Below, piece by piece: positions 9,995 to 16,516 of a stretch of 32,000 nt of DNA; position 1 is the first letter of the stretch, and every line of letters starts with the position of its first letter. The stretch is from contig NZ_CP047960.1 in NCBI RefSeq assembly GCF_014280195.1, positions 1,560,001 through 1,592,000 on the forward strand. Reading direction: 5' to 3'. The notes under the pieces are model-generated. The model saw only the letters and a list, made by a program, of their open reading frames with translations, did not search any database and was not told where the DNA came from. The DNA is from Synechococcus sp. A15-24 (GTDB lineage Bacteria > Cyanobacteriota > Cyanobacteriia > PCC-6307 > Cyanobiaceae). Both the position numbers and the translations under genes were made by a program.

Positions 9995-10024
9995 ATTGAA
10001 CAAAGAGCACGTTTTGGCTGTCAA
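9995..10024 (-). promoter_or_regulatory. candidate sigma-70-type promoter for the RHH/VirE-like genes
   Basis: The minus strand reads TTGACA (10024-10019), an 18-nt spacer, then TTCAAT (10000-9995). Downstream lies the 12-bp perfect palindrome AGGGGCGCCCCT (9901-9912), just ahead of the RHH ATG. Confidence 0.35.
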
Positions 10025-10032
10025 TAGCACTA

Positions 10033-10320
10033 TCAACGATGCCTTTTCTTGATGCGCACAACTGCGCCAGCAGAAGACCAGACTTCTTCAATCTCGTCAT
10101 CACTAACCATGCTCAAAGCATCGGCCCTTGAATCACTGGTAGGACGCAATCTCGCGTCCATCAGCTCACTTTGATTAGTACGAGAAAGTTGCTGAAGCCA
10201 GGCATTTTGGAGCCTGTCCAGATAGTCTTGCGTGGCTTGCTGCGCCTTTAGTGGCGCAGTGTGCTTCCAGCCCGATGGAAGTGGAGTGCCAGCAGGTGCG
10301 TGTGCTTGTACGTTGATCAT
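10033..10320 (-). CDS. hypothetical small protein (95 aa), translationally coupled to the upstream gene
   Basis: The ATG at 10320 overlaps the TGA of the upstream ORF (ATGA overlap). The product is MINVQAHAPAGTPLPSGW...VVRIKKRHR. No family was recognised. Confidence 0.45.
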   Translation of the reverse strand: MINVQAHAPAGTPLPSGWKHTAPLKAQQATQDYLDRLQNAWLQQLSRTNQSELMDARLRPTSDSRADALSMVSDDEIEEVWSSAGAVVRIKKRHR

Positions 10321-10613
10321 TCGTCCAGTCGTTGGGAAATGCGATTTCGTTGAATTACCTCGGCAGTTTCCAGAAGAGTGATCGCGTGAGCAAGCTCGTC
10401 CTCGCTCTCCATCCACAGCGCCGATGCATGTCTGACTTCATGGGTCATACCGAGAGTGCGCGCTTCCAAAAGCGCCATTTCCAACCCTGCGGGTTTCACT
10501 CCAAGAAGCTTGCAAAGAGAAAAGTGACGCTGCTCGTTTAAACGAGAACACCTATTCTTCCAGAGTTCACACTCCAGCAAATTGTCTGGGGAAGGAACAC
10601 ACCTTGTGCCCAT
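10317..10613 (-). CDS. hypothetical small protein (98 aa), first gene of the leftward island operon
   Basis: ATG start at 10613 and a stop overlapping the next start. A possible helix-turn-helix-like stretch (FSLCKLLGVKPAGLEMALLEAR) is not diagnostic. Confidence 0.45.
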   Translation of the reverse strand: MGTRCVPSPDNLLECELWKNRCSRLNEQRHFSLCKLLGVKPAGLEMALLEARTLGMTHEVRHASALWMESEDELAHAITLLETAEVIQRNRISQRLDE

Positions 10614-10661
10614 AATTACATCACTACGTATAAAACTATTCTAACGACGCTAAATCAAACA

Positions 10662-10677
10662 ACGTGCCCGAGCACGT
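10662..10677. promoter_or_regulatory. candidate operator palindrome upstream of the leftward island operon
   Basis: ACGTGC-CCGA-GCACGT has perfect 6-bp inverted arms. It lies 49-64 nt upstream of the ATG at 10613. A TAGAAT -10-like hexamer (minus strand, 10643-10638) lies between it and the start. Confidence 0.3.
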
Positions 10678-10749
10678 CAACACAAACTGATCTAAAAGGC
10701 AGCAGATTTGACAATGGTGGGGCAAGCGAAGATGCCCTTACAAACGGTG

Positions 10750-11433
10750 TTATTGCGCTGTGCGTTCTAAACCAAGTCGTTTCATCGTTCTCGCCACCTG
10801 AGTTGGTTGCCAAGCGGTCTTGCCAGCAGGCGTTTTGACGCCTGCTGCCATCAACGCATCAGCAATTTGAGCGAGCGTTGCGGTGTTCGCAGTGAAGGCA
10901 GACAGAAAGCCGCGAAGCCTTTCTGCCTCTGAATCCGCCTTTGCTTGCTGAGCAGCCCTTGCTCGTTCTTGATTTGGCCGCAGCCCTCCCAACTTCACCC
11001 CGCGAGCCTTGGCTGACGCCAGGCCCGCCTTCGTTCTTGCACTGATGAATTCCCGCTCCTGCTCCGCCAGGGCTGAATAGATGTGGAGTTGGAATTTGTC
11101 CGCATGCGGCATCGAGGCCACCTTGAACTCCAGGCCCTCCTCCTCCAGCAGCGCAGCAATAAAGGAGACACGACGCGACAAGCGATCGAGACGAGCCGCC
11201 AGCAGCGTTACTCCAGTTGCCTTGCACTGCGCGATGGCTTTGGTCAGCTCAGGACGATCGTTGTCAGTTGCGGTTTCGACTTCTTGGTAGCTCCCAAGCT
11301 CTTCGCAGCCTTCAACGTCGGGGCAGCAAGCGCTCAGAAAAACGTACAAATTACGGCGCTGAGCATCCAGACCGTAATTGCGGCCGTTCTTGCTGTCATG
11401 CGACAGACTGAGGTAGGTGACGAAGTGACCCAT
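10750..11433 (-). CDS. small serine recombinase (resolvase/invertase family), copy A, with a non-canonical catalytic motif
   Basis: 227 aa from the ATG at 11433, which is the start shared with copy B. Motifs are YLSLS (expected Y-x-R-x-S), ARLDRLSRR, EQEREFISARTKAGL and a C-terminal HTH-like TLAQIADALMAAGVKTPAGKTAWQPTQV. About 91% aa identity to copy B by hand alignment. Confidence 0.8.
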   Translation of the reverse strand: MGHFVTYLSLSHDSKNGRNYGLDAQRRNLYVFLSACCPDVEGCEELGSYQEVETATDNDRPELTKAIAQCKATGVTLLAARLDRLSRRVSFIAALLEEEGLEFKVASMPHADKFQLHIYSALAEQEREFISARTKAGLASAKARGVKLGGLRPNQERARAAQQAKADSEAERLRGFLSAFTANTATLAQIADALMAAGVKTPAGKTAWQPTQVARTMKRLGLERTAQ

Positions 11434-11439
11434 GAAGCC
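10771..11439 (-). repeat. 669-bp direct repeat, copy A (serine recombinase gene body)
   Basis: Aligns without gaps to 13207-13875 at an offset of 2436 bp. Similarity starts about 20 nt inside the 3' end of the gene and stops 6 nt upstream of the ATG (shared CATGAAGCC). Confidence 0.85.
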
Positions 11440-11826
11440 TTTGCGCAAGCCTCCTCTATTAACCATCTAAAACATCTCCACCGCATCAATTCCTTTCAAT
11501 TGCAGTACGAAGCAAAACATGAGGCAACAAGCTTCCGAATGCAACAGCGCTGGAATATGTCAGGCAGCGGTCAATAACTGGAAGCTCTGAATCATATCTA
11601 ATTAACCAAAAAAATTTAAATCAAAAGTGTCATTTTTTTTAACCAATCAAGTGCAACCGAGATATATAAAAATAGTCATTCTCCTCTGCCGAAGCCAGAT
11701 AAAAAGAGGGCGGGCCGTGGATAGAAAGTCACACCAAACCGCAATACTTCACGCCGGCCGAATAAAAACCCAATACCAAAGATCAAATATGATACATTTG
11801 AACCGACAAACCTCTAATTAGCCTCA

Positions 11827-13101
11827 ATGCACGAATTCAAAAAATATTTGTCAAATGAAAACTCTGCTCTCGAAAAATCATCCTCAAAAGGCATAAATTA
11901 TCCCTTTTGGTTCAAGAAAGACGATTTCAGCATAAACATCCAAGACCGCCAAGAAATCCCGGCAACGATACTCTCAATGGAGGGGAATAAAAATTATGAT
12001 AAGTTTGTGATTCCGTCAAATTTCAACTCACTAGCCGACCAACTTTGCAAGTACTACCTCTACCTTCTCAAGATAAGCAACCACAAAAACAATCGCCAAG
12101 AATTACAAATAATACCCAACGACACCATACTGAAAGCAATCCACAACTACCATTTTGCAGAAAATTGCTGCAAAATAGTAAATTCGCTCAGCATGCAGCC
12201 CATTACTATCTTTGAGACAGGACCTGGAGCTGGATTTCTAGCCCCATTACTCATTTCAAACATAGACCTCGAGAGATATATTCACTTTGATGTTTATCAA
12301 CCCTACTTTTCTTTGCAGAGCATTGGACTTAATTACTCTGAGACTTTAAACAATGAATATCACCATTACGACCTAAGCCAAAGCAATCAAAAATATAAAG
12401 ATCTAGCTGACAATGTCAGATTTCAATTTTCACCAGAATCGACAATAACAGCGACTAGCATTGGCTTGCCTTCACAGTTACTGAATCCTAATGCTCATAG
12501 AGCATTAATATCAATTCCCTGGTGGCATATCAATGACTTCAAAGAATCAGACACCAGTCCCGACTTATGGATTGCAAATGGCTGCCTGCAGGAAATGGAC
12601 AAGAAAGATTTTGTTGAATATATCAACATGGTTGATAAAAAAAGTACAGAAAATAGCCTTTTACTTGTTTGCGGGACTGGAGCGACAAGAGACTTCTACC
12701 TTGTTAATGAACTAATACAAAACTCAAATTTATATCCTATAGTAATGGCTGGTAAAAACATTCCTTTCCTTGAAGGAGAAAGATCATATCTACAGACAAT
12801 GCTTTTCGCGCATAAAAACAGTATCTATTTCAAAGACTCAAAAGGAAGTTGCAATAATGAATTATTTTTCAAATCAGATTTAATGACAGCTTGTTCAAGG
12901 AGCATTGTCGGTGAATTTTCCTCGAGGGTGACCATGGAGCACTCAGGAATGTATATACATCCGCAAGCTTACTTTGTAGCCAAGGCTCTCTTCAAGGAGA
13001 TCGGCTGCTTACCGAAGCCCAAAAGTACTGGACTATATATCGACTCAGTCGAACAGACATCGGAAGATGAGTTCACCACGAAATACAAATCAATCCAATA
13101 A
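11827..13101 (+). CDS. AT-rich orphan protein with a class I SAM-dependent methyltransferase-like motif
   Basis: 424 aa and about 35-40% GC in three hand-counted 60-nt lines. ITIFETGPGAGFLAPLL fits motif I (E-x-G-x-G-x-G). An acidic residue follows about 20 aa later (YIHFDVY), and DLWIANGCLQEM is motif II-like. I saw no DNA-methyltransferase DPPY/NPPY or PCQ motif. Confidence 0.45.
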   Translation: MHEFKKYLSNENSALEKSSSKGINYPFWFKKDDFSINIQDRQEIPATILSMEGNKNYDKFVIPSNFNSLADQLCKYYLYLLKISNHKNNRQELQIIPNDTILKAIHNYHFAENCCKIVNSLSMQPITIFETGPGAGFLAPLLISNIDLERYIHFDVYQPYFSLQSIGLNYSETLNNEYHHYDLSQSNQKYKDLADNVRFQFSPESTITATSIGLPSQLLNPNAHRALISIPWWHINDFKESDTSPDLWIANGCLQEMDKKDFVEYINMVDKKSTENSLLLVCGTGATRDFYLVNELIQNSNLYPIVMAGKNIPFLEGERSYLQTMLFAHKNSIYFKDSKGSCNNELFFKSDLMTACSRSIVGEFSSRVTMEHSGMYIHPQAYFVAKALFKEIGCLPKPKSTGLYIDSVEQTSEDEFTTKYKSIQ

Positions 13102-13194
13102 CTTACAATAAAAGCCAGTCAAGTCAATGCCAAGTTGAATAAAATTATAAAATAGTCTGCGTTAAAAATTGAAATCATGTTAGTTGAAAGATCA

Positions 13195-13869
13195 TCATCG
13201 CTCCAGACCAAGTCGCCTAATTGTTCTCGCAACTTGAGTCGGCTGCCAGACAGTTTTTCCTGCTGGTGTTTTCATACCAGCCGCCATGAGCGCTTCAGCA
13301 ATCTGAGCGAGCGTTGCGGTGTTGGTAGTGAATGCAGACAGAAAGCCGCGGAGCCTCTCTGCTTCTGAATCCGCCTTTGCTTGCTGAGCAGCCCTTGCTC
13401 GTTCTTGATTTGGCCGCAGTCCTCCCAGCTTCACTCCGCGGGCCTTGGCTGCCGCCAGGCCAGCTTTCGTTCTTGCGCTGATGAACTCCCGCTCCTGCTC
13501 CGCCAGGGCTGAATAAATGTGGAGTTGGAACTTATCCGCGTGTGGCATCGAAGCCACCTTGAATTCCAAGCCCTTCTCTTCCAGCAGCGAGGCGATAAAG
13601 GAGACACGACGCGACAAGCGATCAAGACGCGCCACGAGCAGCGTTGCTCCTGTTGCCTTGCACTGCGCGATGGCTTTGGTCAGCTCAGGACGATCGTTGT
13701 CAGTTGCGGTTTCGACTTCTTGGTAGCTCCCAAGCTCTTCGCAGCCATCAGCATCAGGGCAGCAAGCGCTCAAGAAGACATCTAAGTCGCGCCGCTGAGC
13801 GTCGAGGCCGTAATTACTGCCGTTTTTGCTGTCGCGAGACAAGCGGAGGTAGGCGACGAACTGACCCAT
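13195..13869 (-). CDS. small serine recombinase (resolvase/invertase family), copy B, canonical motifs
   Basis: 224 aa. Motifs are YLRLSRD (Y-x-R-x-S with the nucleophile Ser), ARLDRLSRR, EQEREFISARTKAGL and a C-terminal HTH-like segment. Confidence 0.85.
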   Translation of the reverse strand: MGQFVAYLRLSRDSKNGSNYGLDAQRRDLDVFLSACCPDADGCEELGSYQEVETATDNDRPELTKAIAQCKATGATLLVARLDRLSRRVSFIASLLEEKGLEFKVASMPHADKFQLHIYSALAEQEREFISARTKAGLAAAKARGVKLGGLRPNQERARAAQQAKADSEAERLRGFLSAFTTNTATLAQIAEALMAAGMKTPAGKTVWQPTQVARTIRRLGLER

Positions 13870-13875
13870 GAAGCC
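13207..13875 (-). repeat. 669-bp direct repeat, copy B (serine recombinase gene body)
   Basis: Gap-free alignment to 10771-11439, with roughly 85-90% nucleotide identity by eye. Confidence 0.85.
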
Positions 13876-14046
13876 AATTTACGCCGGCCAACGGACGTTG
13901 ACCTCGTAAAACGGTCAGTTGAGCGGTCGGCCGAGATGTCTGAATCCGTTGTTTTCCTATATCCGAGCTCTCTGTAATGACCCAGAGCACTTTCACTACA
14001 AACGAAACAACCTGGTACCCACCTCGGTACCTCACCTGGTATCTCG

Positions 14047-14366
14047 TCCGCTCCCAAGCCTTTGGCCCAGCTTGGGTTTCAGCCGAGAGCGGAAAACATC
14101 AAGTAAGTCCTGCAGGAGCCCTTCAGGGCTCCATCCCCGGCAGCAACTTCACCAGTAGCCAGACGCAGAGAATGATTGCCATGAGCACGTAAGCCTCGTT
14201 CACTGCACCTCTTCAAGTGATCAAAGTTTGGCAGGACTGCCACATCACATAAGTACATCTGCACCTACCTAGGCTCCCCCAGCCGCCCTATAAGGGTGAA
14301 GAGGGAATTGAGACGCCCTCCTCACACGGAAGAGATCAAACCCTGGCGGAAACCGGGGTTTTTTTT
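14047..14366 (+). ncRNA. candidate structured non-coding RNA, or displaced 3' UTR of rpoD
   Basis: I found no convincing ORF on either strand. Nested helices can be read directly: CCGCTC-CCAAGC...GCTTGG...GAGCGG (14048-14092), GGAGCCC-TTCA-GGGCTCC (14115-14132), TGGCAG-GA-CTGCCA (14229-14242) and GTGAAGAGGG...CCCTCCTCAC (14296-14325). The stretch ends in a strong + strand terminator. Confidence 0.3.
14338..14366 (+). terminator. rho-independent terminator (+ strand; possibly bidirectional)
   Basis: AAACCCUGG-CGGAAA-CCGGGGUUU stem-loop followed by a run of 8 T (14359-14366). No + strand CDS lies upstream. The minus-strand gene ending at 14410 faces it, but has only TTT after the hairpin in that orientation. 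Confidence 0.65.
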
Positions 14367-14409
14367 GGCTCAAACAGCGTTACTGACGGGCAGCAAGACC
14401 AAACGCGGC

Positions 14410-14886
14410 TTAGTCCTCAAAACTCTCCGTAAATTCTTGAAACGCGCGTTTCAGTCGCTCCACCGGTGTTTCCTCCAGGGGGCACTCCTGGGAGGTCTGG
14501 GTCGCGTAAGCCTGCAACAGGAGGCCATCGGGTTCAAGGACTGAGGCCACGGCATGCTTGAACAACACCAGGTTGCTCTGGGGAGTGAGTCCACTGAGGA
14601 AAGGGGTCAAGGTGAAGCCCTCAGCCTCGCTGTCGCAGCTAAGCACCCGCCTGGGGCGAATCAATTGATAAGCAGGCTGACCGTCGCCATCAGTGGTGGT
14701 GCGCAACCGTGCCATGAGCAACTCACCACTGCTTAAAAGGAGAAGGCGAATGGTGCCCTCTGCCATCAGAGGCAGCTGGGGCTCGTCCGACGACCCACCT
14801 GTCACGGACGACGAACTCGACAACGTGGCCTGACGTACACCGTTCACAACTGGGCCTGGCATACATCGACGGGCTGATGGCGACAA
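14410..14886 (-). CDS. conserved hypothetical protein (start uncertain)
   Basis: 158 aa ORF divergent from hemC. Alternative ATG starts lie at 14862 and 14766 (MAEGTIRLLLLSSGELL...). Codon usage is like the core genes, and no family was recognised. Confidence 0.5.
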   Translation of the reverse strand: MSPSARRCMPGPVVNGVRQATLSSSSSVTGGSSDEPQLPLMAEGTIRLLLLSSGELLMARLRTTTDGDGQPAYQLIRPRRVLSCDSEAEGFTLTPFLSGLTPQSNLVLFKHAVASVLEPDGLLLQAYATQTSQECPLEETPVERLKRAFQEFTESFED

Positions 14887-14989
14887 TGTTACGCAGTCTT
14901 CACAGAACCACGATCCACCGCAGCAGCTTCACATTCGCAGAACCAACAGGCCGCGAGTCCGTAGTCTTGGCGGCTGATTCGCACTCTCC

Positions 14990-15943
14990 ATGGCTCTCAC
15001 CGAACTGCGCATCGCCTCACGTCGCAGTCAGCTGGCGATGGTGCAGACCAACTGGGTGAAGGCGGAGTTGGAGAAAGCCCACCCTGGACTCACCATCATG
15101 GTGGAGGCGATGGCCACGCAGGGGGACAAGATCCTGGATGTGGCTCTGGCCAAGATCGGCGACAAGGGCTTGTTCACCAAGGAACTGGAAGCGCAGATGC
15201 TGGTGGGACGCGCGGACATCGCCGTCCATTCCCTCAAGGATTTACCCACCAACCTGCCTGAGGGCCTGATGCTGGGCTGCATCAGCGAACGGGAAGACCC
15301 CGCCGACGCACTGGTCGTGAATGCCAAGAATCAGGCTTTCAAGCTCGACACCCTTCCCCAAGGAGCGGTGGTGGGCACCAGCTCCCTGCGCCGGCTGGCA
15401 CAGCTGCGTCACCACTACCCCCACCTGATCTTCAAGGACGTTCGCGGCAACGTGATCACGCGCCTTGAGAAGCTCGACTCAGGCGACTACGACTGTCTGA
15501 TCCTGGCGGCCGCTGGCCTTAGCCGCCTGGGATTCGGCGACCGGATCCACCAGATCATCCCCGGTGACATTTCTCTTCATGCCGTTGGCCAGGGCGCCCT
15601 TGGCATCGAATGCGTGGAATGGAAACCAGAGGTTCTGGAAATCATCAAGGTGCTGGAGCACACCACCACCTCCCGCCGCTGTCTGGCAGAACGCGCCTTC
15701 CTGCGAGAGCTGGAGGGGGGCTGCCAGGTGCCGATTGGTGTTAACAGCCAGATCAGCAATGACGACCTCACCCTCACGGGCATGGTGGCAAGCCTGGATG
15801 GCAGGCGCCTGATCCGCGATGAGGCCAGTGGTTCCGCTGCTGACCCCGAGTCCATCGGCATCGAGCTGGCCGGCAAACTCAAGCAGCAGGGCGCAGGAGC
15901 CATCCTCAAGGAAATCTTTGATGAGGTCCGTCCCGAGGCCTGA
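14990..15943 (+). CDS. hemC: hydroxymethylbilane synthase (porphobilinogen deaminase)
   Basis: 317 aa. [39 protein letters not shown] and RGNVITRL are present. The cofactor Cys region [11 protein letters not shown] is also present. Confidence 0.92.
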   Translation: MALTELRIASRRSQLAMVQTNWVKAELEKAHPGLTIMVEAMATQGDKILDVALAKIGDKGLFTKELEAQMLVGRADIAVHSLKDLPTNLPEGLMLGCISEREDPADALVVNAKNQAFKLDTLPQGAVVGTSSLRRLAQLRHHYPHLIFKDVRGNVITRLEKLDSGDYDCLILAAAGLSRLGFGDRIHQIIPGDISLHAVGQGALGIECVEWKPEVLEIIKVLEHTTTSRRCLAERAFLRELEGGCQVPIGVNSQISNDDLTLTGMVASLDGRRLIRDEASGSAADPESIGIELAGKLKQQGAGAILKEIFDEVRPEA

Positions 15944-15949
15944 TCAGCC

Positions 15950-16435
15950 CTAAATCTGCAGAGGTGTCCCCACCTCAACAACATCGAACAGTTCACGAAT
16001 GTGAGCGTTGAGCATGCGCACACATCCACGGCTGACGGAGGCTCTTCTGCGGACCCAGTGGGGCCATGGGGTCCCATGAATTCCGAATTCACCGCGGCCA
16101 TCGCGATGGAACCCGAAGTAACGATCGCCGATGGGGCTGGACGGTCCCACCAGCTCGCGCCGCTGGCCTTCCTTGGTGGAGAGGTACACAGGATTGACCT
16201 GTTTCGACACGATGGAGAACGTTCCCTTCGGGGTCGGCGTCTGGGGATCACCAATGGCGACAGGCCAGGGACCCAGGCGTTGACCGGCAGGGATCACACT
16301 GATTTGCCGACGCCGCAGATCCAGAACGATCCTGGTGTCAGTTGACGTCCGCAACGCCAGCTCCTGCGCAACCCCAGGCGCCATTAAGCCCATGGGAAGA
16401 AACAGTCCAACGAAAACAGCGACATTCCGCATCAA
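15950..16435 (-). CDS. L,D-transpeptidase (YkuD domain) with signal peptide
   Basis: 161 aa. N-terminal signal MMRNVAVFVGLFLPMGLMAPGVAQE. The catalytic motif is FGIHGTPWP...SRGCVRM. Confidence 0.8.
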   Translation of the reverse strand: MMRNVAVFVGLFLPMGLMAPGVAQELALRTSTDTRIVLDLRRRQISVIPAGQRLGPWPVAIGDPQTPTPKGTFSIVSKQVNPVYLSTKEGQRRELVGPSSPIGDRYFGFHRDGRGEFGIHGTPWPHWVRRRASVSRGCVRMLNAHIRELFDVVEVGTPLQI

Positions 16436-16516
16436 GACTCACGAGACTCGCTGATCTCAAGCTATGCACGGCTGGTTGGTTCAGCTACGCGGTTTTGTCC
16501 CGGTACGCTGAATTCC

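Larger units (their letters stand above)
6434..14039. mobile_element. integrative genomic island (satellite/tycheposon-like) inserted downstream of rpoD; boundaries approximate
   Basis: GC content drops and becomes mosaic relative to the flanks. Content is a tyrosine integrase, a VirE-like replication gene, an RHH regulator and two serine recombinases. An imperfect direct repeat occurs at both ends: 6446-6469 (ACCTCGG-CTTG-TACCTCAC-T-CTGG) and 14021-14039 (ACCTCGGTACCTCACCTGG). Confidence 0.6.

Noticed and set aside
9912-10103. 63-aa minus-strand ORF spanning the RHH upstream region
   Set aside because: It overlaps the end of the 95-aa gene out of frame. It also covers the promoter-like TTGACA/TTCAAT element and the palindromes, and it has no coding-like features.
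11434-11620. Shared recombination (res/att-like) sites upstream of the two serine recombinase genes
   Set aside because: Only short words are shared (CGGTCA, TCTGAATC), and they sit at different spacings from the two ATGs. That is within chance expectation, so I make no site call.
11627-11821. 64-aa ORF in the AT-rich leader of the cargo gene
   Set aside because: The translation is basic and low-complexity, the ORF has no supporting signals, and it lies in a homopolymer-rich leader. It is most likely non-coding promoter or UTR sequence.
14100-14140. RNase P RNA, suggested by AAGTCC ... GGGCTCCAT
   Set aside because: The two halves of the conserved GGAAAGUCCGGGCUCCA element are split by a 15-nt hairpin. 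The other conserved RNase P blocks (for example the ACAGAAACAUACCGCC-like block) are absent.
13880-14366. tmRNA (including the permuted two-piece cyanobacterial form) or a tRNA as the island integration target
   Set aside because: I found no GGTTCGANTCC-type T-loop, no acceptor end with CCA and no GGGGCTG...TTCGAC 5' end on either strand. A tag-like peptide on the minus strand (GNHSLRLATGEVAA) is not followed by a stop codon.
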